From positions 31,336 through 95,335 of the forward strand of contig JAJFKK010000124.1 in the NCBI GenBank assembly GCA_021773245.1: a DNA stretch of 64,000 nt, given 5' to 3'. The position numbers were made by a program, and so were the translations under genes. The DNA comes from Gammaproteobacteria bacterium. Its GTDB lineage: Bacteria > Pseudomonadota > Gammaproteobacteria > Eutrophobiales > Eutrophobiaceae. Positions 21,472 through 33,163 of this stretch are shown one piece after another. The notes under the pieces were generated by a model. That model made no database searches and was not told where the DNA came from. It saw only the letters and a list, made by a program, of their open reading frames with translations. Position 1 is the stretch's first letter, and the number at the start of each line of letters is the position of its first letter.

Positions 21472-22386
21472 TTATGGTTCAAAAGTGAATCTTATATTAC
21501 GCATCTTCTCAAACAGTCTTGTTTCATCCGGCGCGGGCAATGGTGAAGCTGAATATACGGCAGTTTCAGCTCGTTTATCAAATAAGTCATTACCACTAGA
21601 TTTTACAATAGATGCTTCGACAACTTTACCGCCTTCAATCATCCTTATCAGAATTACACAGGACAAGCCTTCATCCAGTCCAAGCTGGTTAAACTTGCTT
21701 TCAATAGAACGTTGAATAGCGCCAATATATCTATCTATTTCTTTACCGTCTTGTAGTTCTTGCTCTGCTTCTTGTTCAGCAACAAGTTCGGCTTCTATCT
21801 CATCTTGTAGCGCTTTTTCACGTGCTTTTCGATCTTCTTCCTCTTTCGCCTTGCGTTTTTTCTCTTCGGCTTTCTTTTTTTCTTCCTCTAGCTTTTTCTT
21901 TTCTGCTTCTTTCTTTTGAATATCTTCTTCCAGTTTCTTTTTTTCTTTAGCTTCTTTTTTCTTTTTCTCTTCTTCGAGTTTTTTCTTCTTTTCAAGTTCC
22001 TTTTTTTCTTTTTCCAGTTTCTTTAAGCGTAACTTCTCATCCTTAAGTTTTTTTTGTTCCAGTTCTTTTTTCTTTTTTATCTCTTTAAGTTTTTTTTCTT
22101 CATTTTGAAGTTTCTTTTTTATTTCTGCTTCTTTTTTCTCAAGTTCTTTTTTGCGATTTAATTCATCTTCTTTCTTTTTATTTTCTTTATCCTTTATACG
22201 TTTTAGTTCTTTTTCAACCTGTTTCTTATCAACCGTCGCTGCTTTTACGATATTTGCCATCGGTTTAGGCTGCGGTATTGGTTTTGATGAAAAATTAAAA
22301 CTAAAGATCAGCACAATACCCAATATAAAGTGAAGGGCTAGAGACAATAAAAATGACCGTGAGGTCAGAAACCAATCTTCACGCAT
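21472..22386 (-). CDS. tolA: TolA
   Basis: TM SLALH, K/E-rich helical stalk, C-terminal SSGNDLFD. Confidence 0.92.
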   Translation of the reverse strand: MREDWFLTSRSFLLSLALHFILGIVLIFSFNFSSKPIPQPKPMANIVKAATVDKKQVEKELKRIKDKENKKKEDELNRKKELEKKEAEIKKKLQNEEKKLKEIKKKKELEQKKLKDEKLRLKKLEKEKKELEKKKKLEEEKKKKEAKEKKKLEEDIQKKEAEKKKLEEEKKKAEEKKRKAKEEEDRKAREKALQDEIEAELVAEQEAEQELQDGKEIDRYIGAIQRSIESKFNQLGLDEGLSCVILIRMIEGGKVVEASIVKSSGNDLFDKRAETAVYSASPLPAPDETRLFEKMRNIRFTFEP

Positions 22387-22389
22387 AAA

Positions 22390-22812
22390 TTAATTTTCAG
22401 GTGGATCTGTCATCATGCCGACAGAAGGCGCGCCGGCGCGTTGTAGTAAAGACATGACTTGCACGACTTGTCCGTAGGGAACGCTAGCGTCACCACCTAT
22501 TAACACAGGTATATCAGGCGTATATTTTAATAAAGCGCTGACACGGTTAACCAATACATCTGGCGTTACTGGTTTATCTTGATCGTCACCATAATTAATA
22601 AAAAAGTTTCCGTCCTTATCAACATTAACTATCACAGGTTCTTTTTCATTCGGAGGTAAAGGCTCGGAAGCCGTTTGTGGCAAATCTACTTTAATGCCTT
22701 GGCTTAAAAGTGGCGCAGTGACCATAAATATAATGAGCAAGACCAGCATAACATCAATGTAAGGCACAACATTGATTTCAGACATCGGTTTCTTTTTAAT
22801 TCGTTGTCGCAT
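22390..22812 (-). CDS. tolR: TolR
   Basis: EINVVPYIDVMLVLLIIFMVTAP. Confidence 0.96.
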   Translation of the reverse strand: MRQRIKKKPMSEINVVPYIDVMLVLLIIFMVTAPLLSQGIKVDLPQTASEPLPPNEKEPVIVNVDKDGNFFINYGDDQDKPVTPDVLVNRVSALLKYTPDIPVLIGGDASVPYGQVVQVMSLLQRAGAPSVGMMTDPPEN

Positions 22813-22830
22813 TCTTTAATTAAGTCGGTT

Positions 22831-22976
22831 TGATAATGTTTCTAAAGTTATAATTTTTGTGCGAGAACAAGGAAGCACTGCACGGAGATTCTGAGTGTAT
22901 GTATGAATACATGATGAATCGAGTACAGCGCTGACGCTGTAATCGTGCGAAAAGTGTAGTTTTAAGAGCATTATCA
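22831..22976. mobile_element. Palindromic MITE/RPE-like element between tolQ and tolR
   Basis: 34-bp imperfect terminal IR (24 Watson-Crick, 8 G-T, 2 mismatches on + strand); core shares ACTGCACGGAGA and GAGTACAG with the 36676-36818 element. Confidence 0.7.
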
Positions 22977-23648
22977 TGAATGAGCGTGTCGGTGCAAGAT
23001 CGACGAAAACTCTTCCATAAAATTATCGTAACGATTAATTAACCGTTCAACATCATAGGAATAACGGTTATAAGCAATTACGGCAGGAATAGCCGCAAAC
23101 AAGCCCATTGCGGTTGCGACTAATGCTTCACTAATACCCGGAGCTACCATAGCAATCGTCGCTTGCTGTACAGTGCCTAATGCCTGAAAGCTATTCATAA
23201 TTCCCCAGACGGTCCCGAATAAACCAACATAAGGGCTAGTCGATCCAACCGTTGCTAGAAAAGATAAATTGGTTTCAAGGTGATCCATTTCTCTATTCAT
23301 AGCGATACGCATGGAGCGTTGCGAGCCATCAAGCACGGCGTCTGCATCAATGTTTTCCTGCTTATTTAAACGGGCAAATTCTTTAAAGCCAGCTTCAAAT
23401 ATTTTTTCCATGCCACTGGGCTGATGATGTCGCGCTGATATTTTAGTGTATAAAGGACTCAGATCTTCTGCTGACCAAAATTCATCTTCAAAATGTTCAG
23501 AATCATTTTTTGCACGTTTTAGTATGACGCGTTTATTGATAATCATGGTCCACGATACAATGGATGCTGCTACTAGTATTAGCATCACAAGTTGAACCAG
23601 TAAACTGGCATTCAGGACGAGATCGATAATTGAATGATCAGTGGTCAT
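22974..23648 (-). CDS. tolQ: TolQ
   Basis: LATVGSTSPYVGLFGTVWGIM, APGISEALVATAMGL. Confidence 0.97.
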   Translation of the reverse strand: MTTDHSIIDLVLNASLLVQLVMLILVAASIVSWTMIINKRVILKRAKNDSEHFEDEFWSAEDLSPLYTKISARHHQPSGMEKIFEAGFKEFARLNKQENIDADAVLDGSQRSMRIAMNREMDHLETNLSFLATVGSTSPYVGLFGTVWGIMNSFQALGTVQQATIAMVAPGISEALVATAMGLFAAIPAVIAYNRYSYDVERLINRYDNFMEEFSSILHRHAHS

Positions 23649-24048
23649 TAGCTAACTCCGTAAGTAATGCTTCAGGCATCGGCGATGCTTTTAATGTTGT
23701 TGCGTTTAAGCAGGCGACTTTCACTTCTGCCTGAGTCAATAATTCTTCTTTTTCATTTTTAATAAATTGTTGAAACGTAATACTGGCGCCACGATGATTT
23801 AATAATGTTGATGTTACGGTTAATAAGTCATCAAGTCGCCCTGGTTTTTTATAATCAATCGTTACGTTTTTCACTGCAAATATTAAGTTATGATCTTTAA
23901 TGAGTTGTTCATGTTCAAAGCCAACGCTTCTTAACCACTCGGTACGTGCCCGTTCCATAAATCGTAAATAGTTTGCATAAAATACCACGCCGCCAGCATC
24001 GGTATCTTCATAATAGACTCGTACTTGCCATTTAAATTCTGCGCTCAA
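23638..24048 (-). CDS. ybgC: Tol-Pal-associated acyl-CoA thioesterase
   Basis: RVYYEDTDAGGVV..ANYL. Confidence 0.95.
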   Translation of the reverse strand: MSAEFKWQVRVYYEDTDAGGVVFYANYLRFMERARTEWLRSVGFEHEQLIKDHNLIFAVKNVTIDYKKPGRLDDLLTVTSTLLNHRGASITFQQFIKNEKEELLTQAEVKVACLNATTLKASPMPEALLTELANDH

Positions 24049-24066
24049 TTCAATTAAACTCTTTTG

Positions 24067-25113
24067 TCACTCTGTAGCGTCATTAAACAAATCATCTGCT
24101 TTCATAAGATCTTTTGGAACATCCAATCCAAAATGTAACCAGGCCGTTTTAGTTGCTATACGACCTCTGGAAGTTCGCATTAAAAAACCTTGCTGAATTA
24201 AATAAGGTTCAAGTACATCTTCAATAGTATCTCGTTCTTCACTTATCGCAGCAGCAAGACTATCCACACCAACAGGGCCACCATCAAATTTTTGTAATAT
24301 TGCGAGTAATAATTTGCGATCCATCATATCGAAACCATGTGCATCGACATTCAACATATCAAGAGCACGTGTAGAGATTTCTCCAGTGATGACGCCATCT
24401 CCTTTCACTTGAGCATAATCACGAACGCGACGTAATAATCGATTGGCGATCCGCGGTGTTCCGCGAGAACGTGCAGCAATTTCTCCCGCTCCCTTTGCTT
24501 CAATTTCTACTTCAAGAATTTTTGCTGATCGAATAACAATTTCACCCAGTTCTTGCGGCGAATAAAATTCAAGCCGTTGTACAATACCAAAACGGTCACG
24601 TAAGGGAGATGTAAGTAAGCCGGCGCGTGTTGTCGCACCAACCAGGGTAAAAGGTGGCACATCAAGTTTAATGGCGCGTGCCGCAGGTCCTTCGCCGATC
24701 ATAATATCGATTTGGTAATCTTCCATTGCTGGATACAGCACTTCTTCGACAACGGCTCCTAGACGGTGTATCTCATCAATAAAAAGTACATCGTGCGGTT
24801 CAAGATTTGTTAACAAGGCAGCCAAGTCGCCTGGTCGTTCCAGTACTGGGCCAGAAGTTTGTCGCATATTGACGCCCATTTCGTTGGCGATAATGTGTGC
24901 CAGCGTTGTTTTACCTAATCCGGGTGGGCCAAAGATTAAAACATGGTCAAGTGATTCAGCACGTTGTCGAGCAGCGCCGATAAAGATCTCCATTTGCTCG
25001 TGCACAGACGCTTGGCCAAGATAATCCTGTAAACGTTTTGGGCGTAAAGCATTATCAGCAACATCATCTTCTGCTGAGTTTTGGGGTGAAATGACTTCGT
25101 TTGGTTCGACCAT
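24067..25113 (-). CDS. ruvB: Holliday junction helicase RuvB
   Basis: [29 protein letters not shown]. Confidence 0.98.
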   Translation of the reverse strand: MVEPNEVISPQNSAEDDVADNALRPKRLQDYLGQASVHEQMEIFIGAARQRAESLDHVLIFGPPGLGKTTLAHIIANEMGVNMRQTSGPVLERPGDLAALLTNLEPHDVLFIDEIHRLGAVVEEVLYPAMEDYQIDIMIGEGPAARAIKLDVPPFTLVGATTRAGLLTSPLRDRFGIVQRLEFYSPQELGEIVIRSAKILEVEIEAKGAGEIAARSRGTPRIANRLLRRVRDYAQVKGDGVITGEISTRALDMLNVDAHGFDMMDRKLLLAILQKFDGGPVGVDSLAAAISEERDTIEDVLEPYLIQQGFLMRTSRGRIATKTAWLHFGLDVPKDLMKADDLFNDATE

Positions 25114-25272
25114 GTCGGGTGTCTATTTTCCCTGTAAACGTATGAATAAGCTAGTCGGGTTATTGATATTCATTTAAATATTAAAATCTGACAATGTTAT
25201 GACTTTAAAAAGGAAAACTACCGATTTTTTTCATTAACAAAATAGGATTTTAATCATTTATTGAGCTGACAG

Positions 25273-25740
25273 TTACTTGTCTTTCTTTTTTTGCTCTGGC
25301 AAAGCAAGAATACGAATAGTTCGTGTGGCGAGATGAACTTCGCGAAGGAAGAATGTGAGGCTAATAACGAGGGTTAATGTGGCACTCATGAACAGTATGC
25401 CTATTAGCCAGTTCAATTTTAAATGCAGGAGTGCTTCAAAAAAGAACATCGATACTACAGAGCATACTAACAAGGCTGAAAGCACACACATGTTAATCGC
25501 TGCGCTAGCTACATGGCGACGTTGCTCAAGGCTCTCTAATTCGGTTTTGATCTCGTCTGGTAACGTCCCATCAATATTTGAAGTGGTTTCCGAGAGACAA
25601 CGGCCTCGGTCGATTATTCGAGCTAGTCGGTTTGTCATTACGCTGAGTAACCCTGCAATGCCGGTAAGCAAGAATACGGGCGCTAAAGCTAGTTGAACTG
25701 CGTTGGTTACATCGCCGATATTTTCTATCCAATTGAACAT
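25273..25740 (-). CDS. DUF2721-like membrane protein
   Basis: QLALAPVFLLTGI...TNRLARIIDR...FLREV.LA pattern. Confidence 0.75.
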   Translation of the reverse strand: MFNWIENIGDVTNAVQLALAPVFLLTGIAGLLSVMTNRLARIIDRGRCLSETTSNIDGTLPDEIKTELESLEQRRHVASAAINMCVLSALLVCSVVSMFFFEALLHLKLNWLIGILFMSATLTLVISLTFFLREVHLATRTIRILALPEQKKKDK

Positions 25741-25832
25741 AAATTCATTTTTACTTTTTTTTTAAACTAAAAAGAGATTCTTGCTTTATTAATGTATAAA
25801 TATTTTTAGGAAGCAAAAGTATAAGACAGCGT

Positions 25833-26432
25833 CTATTTTTTAACGGAGTTCTTTAATGCTTCACGGATTAGTTCTTCACTGCTCATGTCATCATTTGCCA
25901 CAGCAAGTACAAATTTGCTAGCTTCTTGTGGTTTATAGCCTAGTCCAATTAATGCGCTTACAGCTTCATTAACTGGATCGTTGCTAATATTTGGTTTGTC
26001 ATTACTTCGAGAAGCAGAAGTCGCCGGCACATCGTCAAGTTTGTCGCGCATTTCTATGATAAGTCGTTCAGCTGTCTTTTTACCAACGCCGGGTAATTTA
26101 ACTAAACGGTCGGCATCATTATTTTTTACGCACATGGCAAACTCATCTGCTTCTATGCCGGATAAAATAGTAAGCCCCATTTTTGCCCCGACACCATTAA
26201 CCTTGATTAAGGTTCTAAATAGATGTCGTTCACCTTCGGTGGCAAAACCAAATAACAAATGTGCGTCATCACGTACAACCAGATGGGTAAATATTTCCAC
26301 TTCATTCTTGACTTCGGGCAACGCGTAAAATGTCGTCATTGGTGCTTCTATTTCATAACCAACACCTTGGACATCCAATAACAACAATGGTGGTTGTTTT
26401 TTAATAATAATGCCACGTAGAAAACCGATCAT
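25833..26432 (-). CDS. ruvA: RuvA
   Basis: MIGFLRG, GVGYE, KVNGVGAK, PGVGKKTAER. Confidence 0.97.
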   Translation of the reverse strand: MIGFLRGIIIKKQPPLLLLDVQGVGYEIEAPMTTFYALPEVKNEVEIFTHLVVRDDAHLLFGFATEGERHLFRTLIKVNGVGAKMGLTILSGIEADEFAMCVKNNDADRLVKLPGVGKKTAERLIIEMRDKLDDVPATSASRSNDKPNISNDPVNEAVSALIGLGYKPQEASKFVLAVANDDMSSEELIREALKNSVKK

Positions 26433-26959
26433 TGTAAGCGTCCATAACGTATGCCACTAACGCCTTGCATACGTAATAAGCCTTCACGCGAGTTAGCATG
26501 GCAAAGCGCTATTGCTAATGCATCAGCGGCATCGGCTGTCGGTTGCTTATCTAAACAAAGTAATATCTTGATCATATGTTGCACTTGTTCTTTCGCCGCA
26601 TGGCCTTTGCCAACAGTAGCTTGTTTTACCTGATTGGCGGTATATTCGTAAACAGGCAAGTCTTGTATCGCACAGGCAGCAATAGCAACACCGCGTGCCT
26701 GACCCAGTTTTATTGCTGAATCTGCATTGCGATTCATAAATATTTTTTCAATAGAAACTTCTTCGGGTTTAAATTCTTCAATGATGGCCGTTAAGCCTTC
26801 GTGGATGACTTTTAGTTTATCGGCAAGTGTTTCGCCTTTGACTTTAATAATGCCGTTGCTGATATGTTTAGAGTGATTACCTTTGGAGTCAATGATGCCG
26901 TAGCCAGTTATTATAGAGCCGGGGTCAATACCAAGAACTCTTATCGATTGTGAGCTCAT
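26429..26959 (-). CDS. ruvC: RuvC resolvase
   Basis: LGIDPG, KLGQARG, DAADALAIA. Confidence 0.97.
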   Translation of the reverse strand: MSSQSIRVLGIDPGSIITGYGIIDSKGNHSKHISNGIIKVKGETLADKLKVIHEGLTAIIEEFKPEEVSIEKIFMNRNADSAIKLGQARGVAIAACAIQDLPVYEYTANQVKQATVGKGHAAKEQVQHMIKILLCLDKQPTADAADALAIALCHANSREGLLRMQGVSGIRYGRLQ

Positions 26960-27008
26960 GCCAGAATTGATAAAAGTTTAGACAATGAGAATGATGCTTT
27001 TGTCATTG

Positions 27009-27755
27009 TTAATCTAATTGAGCCAATACTTCTTCAGAGATTTCTGCGTTTGAATAAACTTTTTGTACATCATCCAAATCTTCCAGTAAATCGAGCAGTT
27101 TTAACATTGAGGAGGCTTCTTTTAAGTTGAGTTCGCTGGAAGTTGAAGCGCGCATGGTGATTTCTGCATTTTCAGGTTCAAAGCCAGCTGTTATTAATGC
27201 TTCTTTTGCATCTACAAAGTTATCAGGTTCCGTGATCACATCAACAGAACCATCATCATTACTTACGACATCATCTGCACCGCCTTCCAAAGCGGCTTCC
27301 AAAATGGCATCTTCATCTGCACCACTTGGGTAAGAAATAAGACCTACTTTAGTAAATAGGTAAGCAACAGAACCATCTGTGCCTAAATTGCCGTTAAATT
27401 TAGTGAAAGCATGACGTACTTCAGCAACAGTACGATTTTTATTGTCAGTCATGGTGTCAACCAAAACGGCTACACCACCTGGACCGTAGCCTTCATAACG
27501 AAGCTCATCAACATTACCACCTTCTTCACCACCAGCACCACGCTTAACAGCTCGCTCAATGGTGTCTCGGGTCATATTATTTGATAGACCATTATCGATT
27601 GCCGCACGCAATCGAGGGTTAGCGTCTGAGTCGCCACCGCCTAATTTTGCAGCAACAGTAATTTCTCGAATAAGTTTGGTGAAGAGCTTTCCTCGTTTGG
27701 CGTCTTGTTTGCCTTTCCGGTGTTGGATATTCGCCCATTTACTATGACCTGCCAT
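27009..27755 (-). CDS. yebC: YebC/PmpR family protein
   Basis: Start at [10 protein letters not shown] (ATG 27755); [15 protein letters not shown]. Confidence 0.96.
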   Translation of the reverse strand: MAGHSKWANIQHRKGKQDAKRGKLFTKLIREITVAAKLGGGDSDANPRLRAAIDNGLSNNMTRDTIERAVKRGAGGEEGGNVDELRYEGYGPGGVAVLVDTMTDNKNRTVAEVRHAFTKFNGNLGTDGSVAYLFTKVGLISYPSGADEDAILEAALEGGADDVVSNDDGSVDVITEPDNFVDAKEALITAGFEPENAEITMRASTSSELNLKEASSMLKLLDLLEDLDDVQKVYSNAEISEEVLAQLD

Positions 27756-27841
27756 GTGTTTTTCCGTATTTGTGATGTTGGTTGAAGAGTAAGAGTGTGA
27801 TTCTAACATTCAAGTCAAGGATGCCCAAGACAGGAAAAAAT

Positions 27842-27903
27842 ATGATCTGAATCAAACTTATATGTTATTTGATTCATTATTCGAGTTTGACTAAGAGTAT
27901 AAT
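27842..27903 (+). promoter_or_regulatory. FNR-like box plus TATAAT -10 upstream of ppk2
   Basis: ATGAT-CTGA-ATCAA (27842-27855; 9/10 match to TTGAT-N4-ATCAA); TATAAT at 27898-27903. Confidence 0.45.
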
Positions 27904-27947
27904 GATCTATTAATTTTAATATCGGCAATCAATTTGAGGCACTTATC

Positions 27948-28949
27948 ATGGCGAACGGCAAAGTAATAACTAAAGTAGAAAATGTAACTGCAGCTAGTGG
28001 TAAAACCGTGAAAAATAGTAACAAAGACGAGAAGGCGGCTTCTCGTAAACGTTCTGGGGCGGTTTTACATGAGCTTGCTGAAAAACGTCATAATCCTGAT
28101 GAGATTCGCCGAGCATTTGAGACAGGCGAGTATCCTTATCAATCGAAAATGCGCAGAGCGACGTATGAAAAACAAAAATCAATGTTGCAAGTTGAATTGA
28201 TTAAAGCCCAACAATGGGTGAAAGAGTCTGGCCAAAAGATAGTTTTGCTCTTTGAAGGACGTGATGCAGCGGGTAAGGGCGGTACAATAAAGCGTTATAT
28301 GGAGCATATGAACCCACGTAGCGCGCGCGTGGTGGCACTAGAAAAACCGACCGAGGAAGAATTTGGCCAATGGTATTTTCAACGCTATATTAATAATCTG
28401 CCAACAACTGGAGAAATAGTGCTATTTGATCGCTCCTGGTATAACCGAGCGGGTGTTGAGCGAGTAATGGGGTTTTGTAAACCTAGCGAATACCTTGAAT
28501 TTATGCGTCAAACGCCAGAACTTGAGCAAATGTTTGTGCGCAGTGGTATCCGAATGTTTAAGTACTGGTTTTCAATTACTCGTGAAGAGCAGGCTCGTCG
28601 TTTCGCTGCTCGCAGTGACGACCCACTTAAGCAGTGGAAACTGTCACCAATTGATAAAGCCTCTGTTGATCTTTGGGATGATTACACCGAGGCGAAAGAA
28701 GCCATGTTTTTTTATACTGATACGGCAGACTCACCTTGGAATATTGTTAAATCAGATGATAAGAAACGAGCTCGCTTGAATTGTATGAGGCACTTTTTGT
28801 GGAACCTGCCGTATCCTGATAAGAATCATCATGTTGTGCATCAGCCAGATCCATTAATTGTTGGATCAGGTAGTCATGTTGTCCATGCCAGCGAACATAT
28901 ACTCGGCAAGAGTCTGCACCCGAAAACGCGGCGTAAAGAGAAAGAGTAG
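27948..28949 (+). CDS. ppk2: Polyphosphate kinase 2
   Basis: FEGRDAAGKGG, FDRSWYNR, WKLSP. Confidence 0.96.
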   Translation: MANGKVITKVENVTAASGKTVKNSNKDEKAASRKRSGAVLHELAEKRHNPDEIRRAFETGEYPYQSKMRRATYEKQKSMLQVELIKAQQWVKESGQKIVLLFEGRDAAGKGGTIKRYMEHMNPRSARVVALEKPTEEEFGQWYFQRYINNLPTTGEIVLFDRSWYNRAGVERVMGFCKPSEYLEFMRQTPELEQMFVRSGIRMFKYWFSITREEQARRFAARSDDPLKQWKLSPIDKASVDLWDDYTEAKEAMFFYTDTADSPWNIVKSDDKKRARLNCMRHFLWNLPYPDKNHHVVHQPDPLIVGSGSHVVHASEHILGKSLHPKTRRKEKE

Positions 28950-28986
28950 TTTTTGATTCTTTAGTTAGCGGGATGCCTGAATTATA

Positions 28987-30054
28987 TTAGGCATCTCCCG
29001 CCAGCTTCTTTTGATCTTTGGTAAAATCAAGCAAGCGTTGAATAGAGCCTTTCGCTTTTTGAACAATATTAGCATCAACAAAAATTTCATTTTCGCCCGT
29101 CTCTAGAACACGCGCTAATTTTCTTAGGCTATTCATTGCCATCCATGGACAATGCGCGCAGCTAATACAGGTTGCGCTTTTGCCCGCAGTTGGAGCTTCG
29201 ATCAAAATTTTATCTGGTGCCGCTTCTTTTATTTTGTGGAAGATGCCTTTATCCGTCGCAATGATGAATTCTTTGGCTTTCATTTCGACAACAGCATTTA
29301 TAATGCCGGTGGTTGAGCTAACCAAATCGGCCTGTTCAATAACTGATGCCGGAGATTCAGGATGAACTAATACTTTTGCATCAGGGTGATGTGCGCGAAG
29401 TGTTTCGAGCTCCTGTCCTTTAAATTCTTCGTGAACAATACAGGCGCCTTGCCAGATGAGCATGTCAGCACCGGTTTCTTTTTGCACGTAATCGCCGAGA
29501 TATTTGTCTGGTGCCCAGATGATTTTTTTACCTTCTGCTGCTAAATGTTTAATCACATCAACCGCACTGCCTGAAGTCACCATCCAGTCGGCTCGCGCTT
29601 TGACAGCCGCACTGGTATTGGCGTATACGACGACAATGTGATCAGGGTGTGCATCACAAAAAGCGGAGAATTCATCTGCAGGACAACCTAGATCCAATGA
29701 ACAGTTTGCAGCGAGATCCGGCATGAGGATGCGTTTTTTCGGACTTAGGATTTTGGCTGTCTCACCCATGAACTTCACGCCACAAACAATCAGCGTTTCA
29801 GCATCGGATTCATAACCAAAACGAGCCATATCCAGCGAATCAGAAACATAGCCGCCGGTTTCATCTGCGAGGGTTTGTAAATCAGGCTCAGTATAATAAT
29901 GAGCGACCATGACAGCGTTTTGTTGCTTAAGTAGTGATTTAATTTTTTTGTTTAATTCCGCACGCTCGGAATCATCGATCTGTTCAACAACAGTCGGAGG
30001 GATTTGTTCTTTTTCCAGAGAATATGAACGATTCAGAATGGAGTCAGTTGTCAT
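28987..30054 (-). CDS. nadA: Quinolinate synthase
   Basis: [29 protein letters not shown]. Confidence 0.97.
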   Translation of the reverse strand: MTTDSILNRSYSLEKEQIPPTVVEQIDDSERAELNKKIKSLLKQQNAVMVAHYYTEPDLQTLADETGGYVSDSLDMARFGYESDAETLIVCGVKFMGETAKILSPKKRILMPDLAANCSLDLGCPADEFSAFCDAHPDHIVVVYANTSAAVKARADWMVTSGSAVDVIKHLAAEGKKIIWAPDKYLGDYVQKETGADMLIWQGACIVHEEFKGQELETLRAHHPDAKVLVHPESPASVIEQADLVSSTTGIINAVVEMKAKEFIIATDKGIFHKIKEAAPDKILIEAPTAGKSATCISCAHCPWMAMNSLRKLARVLETGENEIFVDANIVQKAKGSIQRLLDFTKDQKKLAGDA

Positions 30055-30135
30055 AATAAAATACAGGTTTAACTAGTGATGATTTACTAGGTAACTTTAG
30101 ACAAGTTTAAGACGAGAAGAAACTCTTATTCGGCC

Positions 30136-31929
30136 CTAGCTTTCGTTCTCGGTATCAGGTTTATTCGACTTTGCCAATTTAATCCCCAGTTCACGAAGTT
30201 GCCTTGTATTAGCTGCAGATGGCGCAGACGTTAATAAGCAACTCGCGCTTTGTGTTTTTGGAAAGGCAATAACATCACGAATCGAATCGCAACCTGCCAT
30301 TAGCATGACAGTACGATCTAGACCAAAGGCGATACCACCATGTGGCGGACAACCGAATTCAAGCGCGTCTAATAAGAAACCAAATTTTTCTTGTGCTTCT
30401 TCTTCACCAATACCGAGTAATTCCAATACTGCTGATTGCATTTCAGCGTCATGGATACGAATAGAACCGCCGCCGAGTTCTGTGCCGTTTAGTATCATGT
30501 CATAAGCGCGAGATAATGTTTGCCCAGGGTTTTCTTTGATCGATGCAATATCTTTTGTATTCGGCGCAGTAAAAGGATGATGCAGCGAATCCCAACGTTT
30601 TTCATCTTCGTTATATTCAAACATAGGGAAGTCGACAACCCATAATGGTGCCCAGTCTCCTTTAAGTAGATCAAGATCTTCAGCAACTTTATTACGTAGT
30701 GCACCAAGTGCATCGTTAACGACTTTTGTTTTATCCGCGCCAAAGAAAATTAAATCACCATCTTTCGAGTTGGTACGCTCAACTATGTTTGCAGCAACTT
30801 CTTCAGGCAAGAATTTCAATATAGGTGATTGCAAACCTTCTGCGCCAGCCGCGACATCATTAACTTTAATATACGCTAATCCTCTCGCACCATAATTAGC
30901 AACGTATTTGGTATAGTCGTCGATCTGTTTACGTGAAAGCGAGCTTCCGCCAGGAACATGTAATGTCGCAACACGGCCATTTTCCATATTGGCAGGGCCA
31001 GAGAAAACTTTAAATTCAACGTTTTTCATTAAATCGCTGACATCGATTAACTCTAATGGGTTTCTGAGATCCGGTTTATCGCTACCAAAGCGCTCCATTG
31101 CTTCTGCGTAAGTCATGCGCGGGAAAGGCGAAGGTAAATCAACATTCAAAACGTTTTTGAACAGTAAACACATCATTCCTTCCATCATGCCGGTAATTTC
31201 ATCCTCATTCATAAATGAGGTTTCGATATCAAGTTGGGTAAATTCGGGTTGACGATCAGCGCGTAAATCTTCATCACGGAAGCAACGCACGATTTGGTAA
31301 TAACGATCCATGCCGGACATCATTAACAATTGTTTAAATAATTGTGGTGATTGTGGCAGAGCAAAGAAATTTCCTGGATGTGTACGGCTAGGCACTAAAT
31401 AGTCTCGTGCTCCTTCAGGCGTTGCTTTGGTCAACATCGGGGTTTCAATATCGAGGAAACCATTATCGTCAAGATAGTTACGCATTTCTTTAGCAATCTG
31501 CGAACGTAAATGGAGATTACGTTGCATAAAAGGTCGACGTAAATCGATATAACGATAACGTAGTTTTATATCATCATGGACATGTTCGTCGTCCATTTGA
31601 ATCGGTGGTGTTTTAGATTTATTCAGAATTTCTATGTTATGACCCAGAATTTCAATCTCACCTGTAGGCATATCCGGATTAACTGTTCCTTCTGGTCGGG
31701 CACGAACTTTACCGGTAATTTTTATAACAAACTCATTTCTTACGGAATCAGCTATGGCGAAAGGTTCTGCTCGGTCAGGATCAAAAACAATCTGGGCAAT
31801 ACCTTCTCGGTCGCGAAGGTCAATAAAAATGACACCACCGTGGTCTCGGCGACGATGAACCCAACCGCAAAGCTCGATTTCTTGATCAATATGACTACTA
31901 TTTAATTCTCCGCAATAGTGACTGCGCAT
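30136..31929 (-). CDS. aspS: Aspartyl-tRNA synthetase
   Basis: [35 protein letters not shown]. Confidence 0.98.
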   Translation of the reverse strand: MRSHYCGELNSSHIDQEIELCGWVHRRRDHGGVIFIDLRDREGIAQIVFDPDRAEPFAIADSVRNEFVIKITGKVRARPEGTVNPDMPTGEIEILGHNIEILNKSKTPPIQMDDEHVHDDIKLRYRYIDLRRPFMQRNLHLRSQIAKEMRNYLDDNGFLDIETPMLTKATPEGARDYLVPSRTHPGNFFALPQSPQLFKQLLMMSGMDRYYQIVRCFRDEDLRADRQPEFTQLDIETSFMNEDEITGMMEGMMCLLFKNVLNVDLPSPFPRMTYAEAMERFGSDKPDLRNPLELIDVSDLMKNVEFKVFSGPANMENGRVATLHVPGGSSLSRKQIDDYTKYVANYGARGLAYIKVNDVAAGAEGLQSPILKFLPEEVAANIVERTNSKDGDLIFFGADKTKVVNDALGALRNKVAEDLDLLKGDWAPLWVVDFPMFEYNEDEKRWDSLHHPFTAPNTKDIASIKENPGQTLSRAYDMILNGTELGGGSIRIHDAEMQSAVLELLGIGEEEAQEKFGFLLDALEFGCPPHGGIAFGLDRTVMLMAGCDSIRDVIAFPKTQSASCLLTSAPSAANTRQLRELGIKLAKSNKPDTENES

Positions 31930-32000
31930 TGTTTCTTCCGTCTGGTCTGAATAAGGGGCGGAATAGTACGAGTCGCAAGCCGTTTACGCAACTATAACGG

Positions 32001-32639
32001 TTAAGAAGTAACCTGCTTATTAGGTATTTCAGTGCGAATCGGGCCATCGGGAGTAATAACGCCCATGGAAATGATAAATTTAAAGCCTTCTTCAATAGTC
32101 ATATCCAGTTCGGTGATGTCTTCTCGAGGTGTCATTATGATAAATCCGGAAGTCGGGTTAGGCGTAGTGGGTATAAATACGGCAACTAATCCTTCCGGTA
32201 AGTCATCAATATCGGTGCTGACATTATCATTACTTAGAAAACCTATGCTCCATAGACCTTTGCGTGGATATTGTAGCATCACGACTTTACGAAAAGATTT
32301 GCCTTTGGAATCAAAAAGTGTGGTCGAAATCTGTTTAACACTGTTGTAGATCGTTCTGACTAAAGGAATACGGTTCAATACTGATTCCCAGAAGCCAACT
32401 AGTTTTCGTCCAAATAAATTGGCCGCCAACATGCCTGTTATTAATAGGGTAGATATCGCGAGAATAACGCCGAATCCGGGGATAGAAAAGCCTAAAACCG
32501 TTTCTGGCTGCCATTCTGGGGGCAATAACAAGATGGTCTTATCGAGTAAATCAACAACCAGTTTAACAATGACAACCGTTGCTGCGAGCGGTAACCATAC
32601 AAGTAAGCCAGCAATGAGATATTTTCGTAAAGAACCCAT
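32001..32639 (-). CDS. DUF502 membrane protein
   Basis: RIPLVRTIY, VFIPTTPNPTSGF; usual neighbour of aspS. Confidence 0.9.
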   Translation of the reverse strand: MGSLRKYLIAGLLVWLPLAATVVIVKLVVDLLDKTILLLPPEWQPETVLGFSIPGFGVILAISTLLITGMLAANLFGRKLVGFWESVLNRIPLVRTIYNSVKQISTTLFDSKGKSFRKVVMLQYPRKGLWSIGFLSNDNVSTDIDDLPEGLVAVFIPTTPNPTSGFIIMTPREDITELDMTIEEGFKFIISMGVITPDGPIRTEIPNKQVTS

Positions 32640-32651
32640 TTATTTAAGCTA

Positions 32652-32972
32652 TTACTTTGAATCAGAGCTGTTTGTTGAAGATGGCGAGCTTTTTTTCTCG
32701 GTACTTGCCGTCTTTTTTGTCTCAGAACTTACTGAAGTTTTAGTGTCAGGTTTCGTGCTGCTGCTCTTTTTTTCGTCTTTTTTCGGTTTTTTGTCTTTAA
32801 AATCTGTTTCATACCAACCTGTACCCTTCAACTTGAATGCCGCAGCTGAAACCAGTTTACGAAGACTATCTTTGCCACATTCTGGACAGGTTTTTGCTGG
32901 ATCATCACTAATTTTCTGTAATTTTTCTAATCTGTGATCACATTCATCACATTTATATTCATAAATCGGCAC
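32652..32972 (-). CDS. FmdB-family zinc ribbon protein
   Basis: [11 protein letters not shown]...CPECG...[13 protein letters not shown]. Confidence 0.9.
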   Translation of the reverse strand: MPIYEYKCDECDHRLEKLQKISDDPAKTCPECGKDSLRKLVSAAAFKLKGTGWYETDFKDKKPKKDEKKSSSTKPDTKTSVSSETKKTASTEKKSSPSSTNSSDSK

Positions 32973-33072
32973 TTAAAAGGCTCCATTGTGTTTATGTTTG
33001 TCTTGAATAGGGCAGAAAATAGGGGCATAGACAATTAAAAGCAAGATATAACGACTCTTTAACAGTTTATAT

Positions 33073-33108
33073 TTTACCCACAGGCATTTCTTGGGTATCA
33101 TCGCCGCC
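33073..33108 (+). promoter_or_regulatory. Probable sigma70 promoter of tRNA-Lys
   Basis: TTTACC-17-TATCAT followed by GC-rich discriminator CGCCGCC. Confidence 0.5.
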
Positions 33109-33163
33109 TTTGTTGTGCAGGCAAGATCTTCTCCGCCACAGAACATTCATAAAATCTCACACC

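Noticed and set aside
21720..22230. Low-complexity T/C-rich stretch resembling a tandem repeat
   Set aside because: It is the Lys/Glu-rich helical stalk of TolA
32419..32937. 172-aa plus-strand ORF and the many other short antisense ORFs in the track
   Set aside because: They overlap well-supported genes on the opposite strand or in another frame
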